Shown here: positions 48,527 to 64,000 of the stretch, in pieces | Numbering within the stretch: position 1 is the stretch's first letter | Layout: the number at the start of each line of letters is the position of its first letter | Source of the DNA: Ylistrum balloti | Taxonomy: Eukaryota | Direction: 5' to 3' | Assembly (NCBI RefSeq): GCF_031769215.1 | Contig: NW_026782328.1 | Span: forward strand, 124,001 to 188,000 | DNA length: 64,000 bases | Made by a program: the position numbers and the translations under genes | The notes under the pieces: model-generated | Seen by the model: the letters and a program-made list of their open reading frames with translations, nothing else | The model's database searches: none | What the model was told of the DNA's origin: nothing

Positions 48527-51500
48527 TCAACAAATTGGCACCCTTATCTGGTTCATCATTTCGTCTTTTGGGTTGTAACCCATGTTTTTCCTCTGCAAGA
48601 ACATATGTATTTCTCTGTAGGAAGGGCGATAGCATTCGTTCCTGTTCCAGCACTCGTACATAAGGTCAAAGATCTCCTTGGGGCAGTTACTTGGCTGCGG
48701 TAGGTACACCTCTTTGTTATCGTTACGGTAATAGTGTCCAGCGTTCTCAATCACCTGCTCATCAGTCAGACTGTCAAAGGGCTGGTCCTTGGCGAAGGTT
48801 AGCACTTCCCACAGCGTCACAGCAAATGACCACACGTCACTCTTGGTCGTGAATTTACCCTGGAAACAAGGTTTGTAGAGATGAAAACACTACTATACAA
48901 CAAAATATCCAGGTAGATGTCTTGTTAAATCCTTGAAATTCCTCCGACAATACAGTGATCAATCAAAGGTCATAAACTTTCATAAAATAAGCGTTTGACA
49001 CTGTTAATATAATTTACTAGTAATAATTTAAAAGACAGGTTTCAAGATTAAGATGAAAAAAACATATCAACACACGATAAGATTTATATAGAACTATATC
49101 TATTTTACATACCAGTAGGATACTCTCCCACGCCATCCATCTAATGGGTAGTACAGCACGACCCTCAATCCTGTAGTAGTCGGAACTGTACAGGCTACGA
49201 CTCATACCAAAGTCAGAAATCTTAATGGTGAAGTTGGTCCCCACCAAACAGTTACGTGTCGCCAAGTCTCGGTGAACCATGTTTAGAGATTCCAAGTATT
49301 TCATTCCCGAAGCGATCTGGGAGGCCATGTAAATCAGACAGCCGTAGCTATGAAGAGAAAAGAAAATTATTTATAATTTCTGCTTTTGTATACTTTCATA
49401 TTTCATATCATGAATCTTATGATCACCTTCTCTACCAGATCATTCTTAGTCAGCAGATTTCAATCAGTAGATATTGATATCCAAATCTAATTCGTTTAGA
49501 CATCACAAAACATTTAACATTTGTTTATATTCTCATTCAGATTTTTTTGTGGAAGTTTTTAAAAATACTTTTGATCCAAAAATTAACATAAAATTAGAAA
49601 TAGCTTAGATATGGCTATAATTACCTCAGGGTCTTGGCATTGGTTGCCTGGGCAACTGGGCTTTCTGCTTCATGGTCCAAAAGAAACTGGTTTAGGTCTC
49701 CATACTTCATGTACTCAACAATCATACACAGTGGCTCCTCATGGGTACACACGCCGAGTACACGCACAATGTTCGGGTCCTTGAGTTGGGACATAATCTT
49801 AATTTCCTTATGAAAGTCAGACCTGTTTGATAAAACAACATCATTAACCATTTATCTAAAGTCTCTGTTGTGAAATTTGTATGAAAAAGAGAATTGATTA
49901 AATTACTTATCACTATCATAATCATGTTTTTTTTCCATGTTTGAACATTTCTTCTTCCCTTTTTTACTCCCAACCTGAAGTTCTCTGAAGTCTAGAAAAT
50001 GTCTGTAGGACATGAGGTTAATCAGTGCTATCCTTTGGCAATGTCTATAATTAGAAACAGTGACCTTAGCCTTGAGCTTGGAGCCTTGAGATATGAAGTT
50101 TTGACTCCCCATCCCACAGGTATTCTTTTTGATAAGATTTGTTAAGAAATGAAGTGAACACATGGTTGGTCAGAGGTAATGAAAATACATTAAAGGGAGC
50201 ATACTTATTTACAAGTATCAAACCATATTTAGATATTCTGTAATGATTGTGTGTGACAGGTAATGTGAACTGTAGTGACTTACCTAGCTCGGTCATCAGC
50301 ATTCCTCCTCAGCATCTTCACAGCAACTAACACTGGGCGAGAACTGGTCCGGTTTCCAAAATATTCGTCATTAATGAACTCCCCACAGTTGATGGCCTCA
50401 CACAGATGAACCTGTTGATCAGGAAGACAATGATATATAAATAATTAGGTAGCTATTCCTTTATCACACATATACAATTAATCAAGCTCTCTTCCTTTAT
50501 TTAAGTTTCTGAAAATCACAATAGACACCCGGGAATCACTCCTTTTTACATTTCATCTTTTTTACAGGGACTGATTAAGTGAAAAATGTTTCTTCATCAA
50601 GCCACAAATCTTATTTTGTAAAATTTTTATTCTATTAATTCTACTTCAGAAATGGAAGCAGCAATGGACAAAATATGTGGATATAGTTCAAGCTTTGCAA
50701 AGAGGAAACAGACCAAAAAACCCCTTACCTCACCAAACTGACCCTCGCCGAGAACTTCAATGAACTGTAGACTATCTCGGGGGAACTGCATGACAGAGTG
50801 TTCTAGAGACAGAAGGAGTTCAGCATTGGGAACAGCATACACATTGTTACCACTAACACCCTGTAGACTTGGGATGTTGGGCACCTGCATGTTGTTGATT
50901 ACGTCAGCTGCCGCATACAGGGCATCGTATGTCGGAGGCTTGTCCAGGGAATTGGTCATCAGGGAGGGTGTGCCCCCGGCTGATTTAGGGGTGGCATTGC
51001 TCCTCAGGGGAGGTTGAGGGGGCTGGGGTGGAAGGGCTACCACCAAAGCAGACTTTGTCACATCAGGTACGGCATAGTCTCGAGAATCTAAGGAAGTAGA
51101 TGAAAAAGTTACAACATGCTTTAATTAAAGTGTTACATTTTAATGACTGTGGACTTAATTAAAAAAATTGAAATAAGCATAAAACCTGCTTATATTATAA
51201 ATTTATAAATTTTCCCATTTAAAAATATGATACAGAAAAGCAATGTTAGGTATTGTTGTTGTAGAAATATTTTTTTTCTGTTGTGGTATGGAAAATTCTA
51301 AAACTAAAAAATATTTATTTAACAGGTTTTATGTCCACTATTTCGGCCATTTGGCAGATAAGGATGGTTAATAAAATATACATGAGTATCTATAGAATAA
51401 CATGTCCTTCACACCATAGAGAGATTACAAATTTATATATATGGTACACCTACATATATATACACCTACAAGAATACATATATATTTTCTACTTCAGGGT

Positions 51501-54500
51501 AATGAATTTATAAGGACAATAAAAAAAATCGTAAAAGCTTCATCTATCAAATGCATTAAATATTGAAAGTTTTGTTTTTTCTTTACTGAAGATAAGTTTT
51601 AAAGAATAATATAATTTATCAGATGTAGCTATGGGAGATTTATAAAATAAACACCTAAATATATTACTTTTTTTTCTCCTAAGCCTTATAAATCAGGTGT
51701 TTCTGGAGGAAAAAAAGTACACACTGTTGAAATTAAAGCAGTATGCAAAAGCTTTATAGCATATTTGTAGAGTAAATATTTCCATGAAGCAATGGCCAGT
51801 TGTCAACTTTATTATGACTGATTAAAACCATAATTATTCACAAGATTGGAAGCTGGCATTTGAAAAATCCTGGATATGTTGAAGTGACAGAAAGTGAAGC
51901 ATTGAATTGCATTAATAAAGAACAATATATATGTAGCTGTATGAAAAGAAGTCAATTAATTAATTCTTAAAATCCATTCCATACATATCACAAAGAACAC
52001 AAGTCTTAAAACATTCTACTGTGTCTGAAGGGGAGGTAGGGTATACAGGGGATGGAACAGCTAAATGGTATACATTGGTCTCCTCTGTAGCTTGTTGAAC
52101 ATTAACCCTGCCTTCAACCTCATCTACATGCAAACTTTACAACATTGCATCATTTACATTTCTGTTCGTTGGAACACAGGAATACCATGGTCAAAGGGAA
52201 GTAACTCAAAGAATATCTGAGGATTTTTTTATCATTACACATTCATTCCATCATAATGAGCTTACAACATCCAGTTTAAAGCAGATAAACTACAAGCCAA
52301 GCAAACACTGCATTCCTTTATCTCTTCCATCCATTTCAAATTACAGGGTCCTCTTTCAGAAACCAACTTAACAAGGAGGGTCTCATTCTCCTAACAATTC
52401 ATACAATATACAGGTTCTATACACATCAGGAAGTATCCTTTGAAGATATGGCACCAGGAATTTACTACATAAACCATTCAGAACACATGCTTATCTTTTC
52501 CTCTTGAAGTAAAAGAAGAGGTGTTCCAAATAGCAAACATGCTTCACAACACCAGATGTCCTTAATTATTTCTAGGTCTTGATCAAATAAATTCTACACC
52601 AACAATCACATTTTTTAAAATCAAATATGAATATTTGACGAAATGAAGCTTTAAAGAATTTGCTGTGATTGGGGTCTTGTAAATGTAATATTATTATGGA
52701 ATTTGTGAAAACTACCATGGAGAGGTTTACACAGTTAAGTTACACACAGGTCAGGGTTAAGTATGAGTATGGCTATATTTAGTAATGAAGGTTTAATATC
52801 TCTGTAGGATTTTTAATTTCTCTTAAATATTTTAGTTAGAAAATGTGAAATTCACGAAAATGGACTTTAGAAACAATTATTATAAATTTTTTACAAAATC
52901 ATTGGTTTTTGTTTTAACGGTTAAATAATCTTTAAGATAATTAACATATAATACTTTAACAAAACCCAAACAAATTTGAAAATCCAAAATGAATGAATGA
53001 GTTTTACAATAATGAAGTGTCTACTGTCAATGCAGAACTCCTGAGTAAAGAGATATTGGTTTGTTGGGAGCAGATGAAGGCAGTATATTTAGGGGCAGGC
53101 ATTACATCCCATAATATCTGGTAAGCAGTATCAGGCGAATCCACATGGCACCCTCGACATGCGCTGGTATTGAGATTAGACCAATGTATACCTGTTCCTT
53201 CAGACGAACTCGGGAAGTCAGGGAGTTCTCTCCCTTGTATTGAATCTTTGGGATCCAAGTATGGACAGGAAGGAGTTGGGCTCTTACATAATTTTTCACC
53301 GCCGTTGCAGAGTTCTCGATCTACATCCATTTCGTCAGTGGCTACACTGTTGTAGACGTTTCCGTTAGACACTTTGCCATTGGTGTTGCCTTGAAGGTCA
53401 CTGAGATTGACAGCGATGTGTCGTTCAACAGCCGGCTTCAAGCTGCGACGGTTGTTGTTTTGTTTCATTCTCTTATGTCGGATAATGAAAGTGATAAGAA
53501 CGACAAAGAAAACCAAGAGGAGACCACCTAGGGCACCGATGATAATTCCAATATGATCGTCTTTCATGGTAGCCGTTTCCTTTGTTTCAGGTTGATCATT
53601 ACGGTCATTCCTATCTGTGCCTACAAAAGTCAAAACAAAATATGAAAAAATTCAGACACAATAATTCTATTTTTTTTTTTAACTTTTGATTTTTTATTTA
53701 AATATCAGTATTTTCTTTGAGACAATTTGATATTTTGATGCTGTACACTGAGGGCCTTTATTATCATCAATTTTCTAAAAACGTTTTCAGTGAACTAAAC
53801 GGTAAAATAAAATTTTAAGTATTAAGCACATGACCTAGGTTGTCACAGAAATCTAGCATCTTTACAAGAAGATTCTATATTGCAGGCCTACTGACTGGTA
53901 CTAGACATGCAATATAATCCTATAGATTTTATGAGAGATGTTAATTGGTCGCAGTCTTAATCAGAAAATTAGGAGTGTAAGTGAGTCGATGACGACTGCC
54001 GTGAAAGTTGGACGTTAGTTAGCGTTAGTGATTATAGAACTGTTAGAAAGTGAGGTGGTCTGGTCCAGTGACTTTCTTAATTCTCAACAAGAAAAAATCA
54101 TCAATTAAATTCATTATTAATTTGTAGAGGAGAGACTGTCCAGTTGGCGAGAAACAGAATATATCTTACCCACATCAATCGTTGGCTTATGAAAATTGAT
54201 ATCCTGATTTGTATCAGAAGAATCCAAGGTCTTGGATTTGCTTGTAGTGGGAGTGAATGTTGTAGGGGGAGGAGCTTCCATTGTGAAGTTCCCATTGGCT
54301 GGTTCTGTTATAAAGATATAGCTGATATTAAACCACTGCTGACAATATGAAAGTTCTACTGAAAAAATATTTAAATCCATAGCAAACATTAAAACATTAT
54401 TGGTATAACTGAGTTTTTGAAAAATAATTTGAAGAATTTTGCCCTTGACTTTTGTCTAGATGGCACTAAAATCATTTTTACAGATACTAATCTATTCAGA

Positions 54501-57500
54501 ATGTCTTTTAGATAGAAGATCTGTCTCAAAACAAATAATTTCTAATCGAAATAATACTGAAAACTAACAATTAAATACCATATTAAGTTGAGAGTTTCGT
54601 CAGTGTTCTGTGTGAAGTTCTAAAAACCTACCAATGGTATTGCAATAGATTTGGGTAATGAACGAATGTAATCACTTTCACTGTACTTACCTGAACATCT
54701 GACAAGTGTTATTTCTTATCTATGTGGGTTAACCTAAGTTAGTTCATCTCTCCTAATGGAACAAATACTATGATGAAGAAGTAAGTCTTACATAACTATG
54801 AAGTAACAGGACACTAGTAAGAATTGTATACAACTATTGAATGATACTGGACTTGAAAACTAAAATTCTAACAATCTCGGTCTTCTAAAATCACTTCTGA
54901 CCGTGCAGCTTCACATATAAAATATAGTGCAATCAGTGGAAACAAGTTCATTATTAATTTTCAAGTGAGTGAAGAATCTGATCATTAGAACATCTCACAT
55001 GATCAGATATAAAATAAAAAAAAGGTTAGTAATCCCAGTTAACTTTAAAAACTATTTGACTTGTAAATAAACTACACTAAAAGAACTGTCAAAATTTTGC
55101 TATAACCATTTTAAAAACATCTACTGTAAAACTAGTACAGACACCACAAACATTGCCCTCCTGTTAAGTTGGTGTATCAGTGTGATTTATACTACGGAGA
55201 CAAAAGTGAGAATAACAAGTAATTACATGTAGATTAATCGTTCGATTGTGATAGGGATGTCAGTACAATACTACAATAAATCACATATAATTACTCCACT
55301 GGACTAATGTAGAAAGGAATTTGAAGCAATTTCCGAAAATTTCCAAAGAAATCTGATGATGTAGTAGACTTTGTAAGTTGAATGGTCAGTTTTGCACCAT
55401 TATCCACAATATATTAGAGAGAAGGTGAGTGGTCAGTTCTAAAAATTAAGATTATATACAGCAAGTCTTGTCCATTCACCCCCTATTAGAGAGTAGGTAA
55501 GTGGTCAGTTCTAAATTTAAAGCTTGTCTACATGGTCAGTTTAGTACCTTCATCCTTTTTTAGAAAATTAAAGTGACCAATGGTCAAGTTATAATGATTA
55601 TTCTTACCTGAAACAAACTTGACTTCACTGATCATCATCCACTTGGCATCAAAGTAGAGGACAATCTTGACAAACTTTCCAGTTGTGTGGTTGAGGCTAA
55701 TCTCAACGTTCCGAGCATATTCCATCCAGGAGTCCCTCTGAAAATCATAAACTACTGGTGGCCCAGAAAAGTATTTGCCTCCCACACTGAAAAAGATCTC
55801 AGCCCTTCTAAACACTCTTACATCTTTGTTAAAGTAGTTATTACAATGAAAAATCACCATGGAAAAGTTCCGGATTTGGTCAAATTTGAAAACAATTTCA
55901 ATAGGCATGGTGGCATGAGTGTCATTCTTCCATCCAACCCACTCATACCCTTTGATTCCAAGGCCTCTCTGGTCTAAACGGAAATTCCCTGTACCTTCAT
56001 CTCCATCAGTCAGTTGTCCTAAACCTCCAGAAAGGTAATTTTCATTGAAGATTCCATCATAGGTGAAATCAAACAGATCCACCTCTGATCCTCGTTTGTC
56101 CCCTTGAGGCATCGTGTATGCAACTACGCTGTCTGTAACAACAAATAAGTTTATAATCAATTTAAATGATTATTTTTGCATAAAAACACATAATAAATCA
56201 GGGTTTTTTTTCAGTAAGAGTTATCTTTCTTGTCCCTATAACACACATCACCAAGTTTGTTTCATTAAAATTTTGTAAAAATATATTAGAAGTGATTTCC
56301 CGCAGTGACAAGTGTTTTCTTACTACTTTCATCTTCTTGTCAAAAACCAAGTGATCAGAGAAGCAGGTAATCAACAGATGTTATGGCAGTTTTCTGCTTG
56401 GACAGAAGAACTAATTGACTAGTCCCAATCTGTTGATGTCGTTCATGAACCAAAATATCTGTCTAATGAAAGAAATATGAAACTCCTGAAACAATGAATA
56501 AAAGGGACCAATCGGATAGTCTAGCCCAGTCAGTTAGAACCAGTTTTCTGCAATAAAAATTTACAATATGTTTTTTTCATTAGTTCCTACATCATTATTA
56601 CCCGATTGGCATTTCGTTCTCAGGCAGCGGAGAATATTTGTTTGTGATCAGAGCTGTGTGGTGGAGAAGAGATTTCTGTGAATTTTGATCACAGAATAAA
56701 AAATCCATTACAAGCTAGGTGGTCAATCTTGAGAAATCGTTAAAATCCTGCTAATTTCAATAGCTATTTTTAAACTCACGAATGAAAGAAATTTACCTAT
56801 ATATTGTAAATATAACAAAATTAATTATAAGAATACTGGTAACTGATAATATTGATGAAAACTGATTCTATAATGGTATTGATTTAATCTTCTATCTAAA
56901 CGATGATAAACTTGGCAGAATTCAGATTGGGGTTGAACTCCTGAATATGGTCTTACATATATTCACAGTTGCTTCAAATGATTCAGACCAACATCTACCG
57001 TCTTGAAGTAAATAAAAACAGATACAAGACAAATCTTTAGATTTTGTAAAAAAAAAAAAAAAAATAGAAACTTTCACATACTTACCTCCATCAGTATATT
57101 TAAAATATTGCCGAGTCCGTTACATATTCATAGCCGTATATTCATACATTAACAACATATTGCTTAGCTAGTGGAATTATGTTAATTAGTATTGTTAGTC
57201 TCTTAGGATGTTGATGATGATGATGATGATGATGATAAATAGGAAAAAAAATCATCTACAAGTAAATATGTACATGAATAAGTTTCATGTGACAACAGAG
57301 CAGCAAATTATGATTAAAAACAGTATATGTTTGCTGCAGTAAGTGATTTCTAGTACAAAATCACAATATATACAATGTTTGATTTACATTTTTAAATTCA
57401 TGAACAATGCAAGATGTTTTAGGTGAAGATATTCTTATGACGGCTCCTTTCATATAAATACCTAGAAAAATATCCTAACATCATACGCTACCAGCTGAAT

Positions 57501-60500
57501 AGGAAAGTTGTTTCATATACAGATTTTGGAAAATTAGAGCAAAGCAGCATATCTATATATATATCATAACCTAAAAGGCAAAGTGCTACATGTTAAACTA
57601 TAAGAAAATTACTCCAAATCTTATTGGGTACGAAAAGATATAGAATATAATTTCCTGGCCTGATCTCTGGTGTATATACAGGAAGGTATATACTTTTTTC
57701 CCCACTTTAACCCCATTGGCTAGATTACTCTGTCTGCCATTTCACCATTACAAGTACTCAAAGAGCTGCCAATGTTAACCTAATCTCTGACTACTTATGT
57801 AAGTTATAAATTTGTAAATATATTATAAGAAAGACTTCACACTGTTAGAAACTAATGTTTTGACTCATAAAACAGATATAATCAGCCGTTAGGACCTCGA
57901 TATCTGTAGTTAAATATGTTTGTGAGTTCTACATTTGTAAACATATTAGAAAACAACCTAAGAGTTGCTATAAAGTGATGTTTTCGCTCCTAACATTGAT
58001 ATTTTCATTATGGTACCATCGTCAAACCTCCGACATCCAATTTTCCGCCACCAGGCTAAAACCCTTCACTAGTTAGTGCTTGAGATAATATTTTATGCTC
58101 AGCATTTTTGTATCGGCGAGGTCTTGATAACTGGTGATTTAGCCATAAAACATCAGTGCCTGAATCATCATCATATTTTCTCAAGCATTTTACGTAAATT
58201 GTCAGTGTTGCCTAATGATAAATGTAATCAACCATCTTGTAATAGACAATTTTCACGAAAAATATTCTTAACTTCCCCGGCTGCGTAAAGGACTGGAATG
58301 TAAACTAATGTATCATAGTCGGGTCTGTGATTTTTTTCTGTGTAATTAACTACCGCGCTGATTGAATTTGAATATCAATTACTCGTGTTCTATGGCAGAA
58401 TCAGGATGTGCAATGAATTTGTAAAGCAGTTAGAATTTGATATCATAAAGTTAGAGAGTTCCATCTTTTAATTTGAAGTTGATGGCATGAGTAATTTGAG
58501 CAATATATAAAAATTTTACAACTCTTTTTAAATCATCATGAGCAAAAATGAGATCCTGCTTTTAGCAGACAAAGCAATAACATTTTTATGACTGACAGGA
58601 TGAAACATCAATGATTCTACACATTTACAGCCAATCATTACATCAATGTTACAGTGAAAACACAATATTCAAATATAAATAAACTATGATTTATATGAAC
58701 ATGACATATGTTTTGGATAATTGACCTTGTAAGGTTTTCATTAGTTTTATAACAATGGAAGCGTAATGGTTTTTTGAAATTAGAATCAGGAAATCAGAAC
58801 ACACAAGTTTCAACTTAACAATACCTAGTCATGCATTGTTTCCCTGGGGAAATTCTCCAGATCTGCTGTTTACTGTTATAGGTTTAAACTGTAAGTAATC
58901 ACAGCATAATACATTCATGTCCTCTACTTCTATGTAGAATTTTTTTCAATCTACCTTGACCAAGTTGATTATCTATTTGATGTTCCTTTGTCTATGTGGG
59001 ATTTTTGATAACAGGTAATGACTATTTTATCCTAACTGTAATGACTATCACTGGTGTTTACAATCAACTGTTCCAGATTCTATACCAGTCAGACTTCTAA
59101 CTGTAATGACTATCACTGTTTACGATCAACTGTTTCAGATTCTATACCAGTCAGACTTATTCCATTGTATTTCCAGGTAAAACCAGTTCCTATCACAGAG
59201 AGGTATTACACAGTTTATCTCCCTTGATGAAATATCATCACAACTCTATCTGGTATCATTCTTTTCCTCGATATTTCTACATCAAATCTGTTCTTGGAGT
59301 GTATTACAGCATGAAAGAGACTGCTTTCACCAATCCTTCCCAAACTTCTCAAAAATTAACAATAGCAAAAGAGTGGAAGTTTTGTATATAAAATATTGGA
59401 CTTTGCTTACCATTCCAGTTACATCCATAGAGCTCGACTCGCATACAGACAGTACGTGTGCGGAGACTGTAAGGAATAAATCGGATGCGTTTACAGATGA
59501 TGGGCGGTGACACCTCACACACTTCCGCCAGGTAAGTATTTGTGTTTCCAGTAAATTGCTGCAAAATAGAAACATATTTTTTCTTAATTTTTACTGTATC
59601 AAAAAATAGATTTCTTATCAGACTTTCAATTAGTAAGAAAATCAGTACGTGAGGGGACTGGCTTATCATAAAACACTGGTATATCACTATGATGGAAATG
59701 GAGCCAACACAGAGGGCTGGAGGAGGATACAGGGTTATTGAAACAACAAAAAGAAAACATTTTAAAACAATTTATTCTTATAAAGAACTTGTTTAAAATA
59801 AAGAGTAGATTTGACAAAAATACTCCCAAAAAACATCCTTCTTGGAATAATTCCATTGATGTTTGTACAGATTCTAATCGTAGACTATCAGAGTATTTAT
59901 CAAACAGGCAACACTATATTGGTTGAAAAGGAAACTTTACAGCAATTAGCCATGTAATAGTCTCCTAAGTGGATGCCTTACAAGTCTGACAAATGATGTA
60001 AACGTGAAGTTTTTGAAATAGAATGAAATTTCACAAAACTAATACCGTACTGCCAGAATGTAAAAAGTGCAGTTGAAATATAGCTTTATCACATAGTGAT
60101 ACTTGACAAAAATACGTTTGAACAAATCTAAATAGTCATCCTTCTTTATATCTGGTTCCTGACTACCAACCCTGGAATGTATTCACCAGAACGTCCAATG
60201 GTAAATGCCATTCACAGAGGTATGCATCAGTATAAACATTTCAATTCTACAATATCTTTTTTATCAAAACCTAAACTAACATAAACACACCAGTGCTAGA
60301 ATTATCCTTTTTATCAAAAATACCCAATTATGTAAACATTTCCGCAATATGTGGTTAACTTCAACATTCCTCCCATTTTGAACACCTATTTATTTTGTTT
60401 GTAAGTTTACACTAAGAAAGAAATCAGATATGTTCAGGAAATCAAATGGACATCATCGACAGTATATTTGTATGGTAGATGGACATCACTGACAGTAGAT

Positions 60501-62590
60501 TTGTATAGAAGACAGACATCACTGACAGTAGATTTGTATAGAAGACAGACATCACTGACAGTAGGTTTGTATAGAAGACAGACATCACTGACAGTAGAAG
60601 ACAGATTTGTAGAAGATTTGTATAGAAGACAGACATCACTGACAGTAGATTTGTATAGAAGACAGACATCATGACATCATCGCGACAGTAGATTTGTATA
60701 GAAGACAGACATCACTGACAGTAGATTTGTATAGAGAAGACAGACATCACTGACAGTAGATTTGTATAGAAGACAGACATCACTGACAGTAGATTTGTAT
60801 AGAAGACAGACATCACTGACAGTAGATTTGTATAGAAGACAGACATCACTGACAGTAGATTTGTATAGAAGACAGACATCATCACTGACAGTAGATTTGT
60901 ATAGAAGACAGACATCACTGACAGTAGGTGTGTATAGAAGACAGACATCACTGACAGTAGATTTGTATAGAAGACAGACATCATCGACAGTAGATTTGTA
61001 TAGAAGACAGACATCATCGACAGTAGATTTGTATAGAAGACAGACATCACTGACAGTAGATTTGTATAGAAGACAGACATCACTGACAGTAGATTTGTAT
61101 AGAAGACAGACATCACTGACAGTAGGTTTGTATAGAAGACAGACATCACTGACAGTAGATTTGTATAGAAGACAGACATCACTGACAGTAGATTTGTATA
61201 GAAGACAGACATCACTGACAGTAGATTTGTATAGAAGACAGACATCACTGACAGTAGGTGTGTATAGAAGACAGACATCACTGACAGTAGATTTGTATAG
61301 AAGACAGACATCACTGACAGTAGATTTGTATAGAAGACAGACATCACTGACAGTAGATTTGTATAGAAGACAGACATCCTCGCGACAGTAGATTTGTATA
61401 GAAGACAGACATCACTGACAGTAGATTTGTATAGAAGACAGACATCATCGACAGTAGATTTGTATAGAAGACAGACATCACTGACAGTAGATTTGTATAG
61501 AAGACAGTAGATTTGTATAGAAGACAGACATCACCGACAGTAGATTTGTATAGAAGACAGACATCACTGACAGTAGATTTGTATAGAAGACAGACATCAC
61601 TGACAGTAGATTTGTATAGAAGACAGACATCAGACATCACTGACAGTAGATTTGTATAGAAGACAGACATCACTGACAGTAGATTTGTATAGAAGACAGA
61701 CATCACTGACAGTAGATTTGTATAGAAGACAGACATCACTGACAGTAGATTTGTATAGAAGACAGACATCACTGACAGTAGGTGTGTATAGAAGACAGAC
61801 ATCACTGACCAAATGTTTGTTGGAAGAGGGTGGGAATGAAGGATATCAAGGGGAAAAATGCTTCATTCCCATAGAATATTTGAGACATTTAGAACAGAAT
61901 TTTAAAAGTTTGTTTTTAGCCACCCACTTTGGATCTGATATTGTTCCTGATGAAAACTGGACCGGCTTAGGTGACAGGGTAACTGGATAAATATACACAT
62001 CTGTTGTAGGGAGGACAGCAGTAACGTATCCATCACCGGGAGGGGGTGGGGAGAGGGGTGAGGGGTGTAGCAGAGGCACACAATTTATTGATAAAACTGC
62101 ACTGCAGCATATGGTTATGCAGATGATGTTGTTTTATTTATCATAAATTCACATTAAATCTTTCTTGTTTTGATAACTTATATTATGCCTTGTCTTCAGA
62201 GTCTTTGATCTTAACGAGATGGGTGTATCAGGTTTTTGTGGGGGTGAAAGAGGGAAGGCAAGTGGAGAGGAGGAAATGGGGGTGGATATCATGTTCACTG
62301 ACAACCATTACTGGTACAAATATAAATGAACATTGATGATTTAAAACATTTACGTAACATTGTGGCTTTAACCTTGGAAACTGTATGGATCCAAATTTTC
62401 CTTTCCAAATTTTAAAATTTACATGAATCCTATTTCCTCAACTTCTATCTTAACAGTATACATTTATTTACTGAAAATATTTTTGACCAAATATTCTCAC
62501 CTCTCGACCTCGTCGGTCCCTGAATCGTATCCATTCACCATCATCTTCTCTCTGGTACTCCAGTAAAAAGTGTTCAGCATATTCTTTCCC
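48527..62590 (-). CDS. DDR: Discoidin domain receptor tyrosine kinase (DDR1/DDR2-like collagen receptor), 3' 10 exons; N-terminal exons lie right of the window
   Basis: Exons 62501-62590, 59411-59558, 55608-56132, 54170-54304, 53192-53620, 50729-51087, 50284-50411, 49625-49822, 49113-49347 and 48527-48859 join in frame with GT-AG introns. Discoidin C-terminal motif [13 protein letters not shown]; DS-like domain ([18 protein letters not shown]); transmembrane segment [24 protein letters not shown]; kinase motifs [43 protein letters not shown] and SDVWSF. Confidence 0.94.
59030..59160. repeat. Two-copy tandem duplication of about 65 bp in a DDR intron
   Basis: TAACTGTAATGACTATCACTG..TTTAC.ATCAACTGTT.CAGATTCTATACCAGTCAGACTT occurs twice. 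Confidence 0.85.
60445..61810. repeat. Minisatellite, 33-bp unit GACAGTAGATTTGTATAGAAGACAGACATCACT, about 41 copies, in a DDR intron
   Basis: Direct tandem copies with small indels; it produces the spurious [11 protein letters not shown] and [11 protein letters not shown] ORFs. Confidence 0.96.
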
Positions 62591-64000
62591 CTGAAAATTT
62601 AAACAAATATACATAAAATCATCTGCTACGTGAAATTTTCAAATTGGAAGACTTGCATGTTGGGTAAATCTATTTTCTGGACAGGTGAGCTAAGTTAAGC
62701 CACTGCATCAGTAAAGCTGAAAATTTGTGTTGAAATTGATTAAGCAATAATCAATATATAAAGTTCTCTGACCTTGCTTCGGAATTGTTTATCAATATGA
62801 CCAATTATATATATCAAAAGTTTGATGACAGTAAACAAAAGGGCAGTCAGCTGATTGTGGTTCCCCTGAAAAAATCAACATGGCTGGCGGCCATTCAACT
62901 TTTAGACACATGGAAGTTAGATACCTCTTCCTAGTTTTGTTTAAATACTCTGAATGAAGAGGTTTAAAAGTACAATTCCATCAAATTCCATTATAGACAT
63001 CTGTAGTACAATCAGAATATTCAGAATCAATGACCTTACTGCAAATACGATGACATCAAATAAATCTGCAGAAATATTTTGGATTCACTTTAGTTACACT
63101 AAAACTATCCTCCTGCACAAAAGAGTATTTTTTAGGGTGAACTGTGAACAAATATTGATATACATTTTCATGTAAATAATAATGTTTTATTATCAAATTC
63201 AATGGTATGCTCATGGCCCATTAGAAACATGGAAAATATTAACCTGTCTGTACAGTCAGAAAATACAATGAGACCCTATCAAACACGCATCACCCGGAGG
63301 AGATATCACCCCTGCTATTGTTTGTGTGCAGGCAGCCATATTGTTTCGTTTCTGCTCTCTGTTAGCTGCTGATTGCAACTTCATTAAACATTGATCTGAT
63401 TGTAACAATGTGCATCTATAAAATTCTAAATGTAGTTCATAATGAATGTGTTTTTCATCAATATGTATCCCGGTGGAACATTTGGCTGATCTGAGGCTAT
63501 GATACGTCATGTTGGACTGATCTGTTTTTATCGTTCTGCCTGATATATGTGTAAGTGGAAGTCTTTAAGTGCTTACATTTGACTTGTATGATACTGCACT
63601 ATTGATGTACTTCAGTTTAGATTTATTCTAACAGAAAGTTTCAGATTTAATTCACTATTAATATTATTAATTTACTATTTGCCTTGAGAATTTAAGTTTC
63701 ACCATCATTAAATTTTCAAAATTAAATTACAAAACTCTATTTTGTCCTCATCTCTGTGCCAATACTGCATAATCTAAACTCTATTCTAATGCTATTATAG
63801 TAATTCTTCCAAAGAAATAGAATAAAATGCAATTTCTGAAGATGACATTTACAGTAGTAACACATCAGTCTTTCTTTCAGTTCTTGTGGCGACACAAAAA
63901 TTTGACTCGACCTGTTACTATAGATCTGTTGCACAGAAAAATGTATGTGTTTCCGCCTGTTTACACGTCTATTTCTACACTTCACATGTACTGTTAAAGT

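Noticed and set aside
54685-57085. Strong orphan minus-strand donors (CAG|GTAAGT at 54690, GAG|GTAAGT at 57085) in DDR introns
   Set aside because: I found no upstream acceptor giving a convincing open, phase-compatible exon, and the DDR model is complete without them.
60442-61990. ORFs on both strands over the 33-bp array
   Set aside because: Repeat artefacts within a DDR intron.

Overview
AT-rich eukaryotic genomic DNA with spliceosomal introns. The organism is an animal, and probably a bivalve mollusc, which I infer from the gene sequences and repeat style. Three multi-exon genes could be reconstructed by hand with frame-consistent splice sites. (1) NDOR1, NADPH-dependent diflavin oxidoreductase 1: minus strand, ATG at 12561, 11 coding exons in the window, 3' end runs off the left edge. 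(2) Drosha, class 2 RNase III: plus strand, 16113-39580, 27 coding exons, head-to-head with NDOR1. (3) A discoidin domain receptor tyrosine kinase: minus strand, stop at 48527, 10 exons in the window, 5' end beyond the right edge, convergent with Drosha. About a quarter of the window (roughly 15.5 kb by my tally) is minisatellite arrays, each with its own unit, and these produce most of the long ORFs in the supplied track. No prokaryotic features, CRISPR arrays, tRNA or rRNA were found. The main observation is that several Drosha intronic tandem repeats are amplified copies of the adjacent exon-intron junction, giving rows of decoy 5' or 3' splice sites. For the four intact cases (exons 6, 13, 14, 21), using a decoy gives a premature stop or frameshift. 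At exon 22, just before the RNase IIIb signature, such a duplication has scrambled the exon so that the frame is broken as assembled; an in-frame rescue through a newly created intron is possible.
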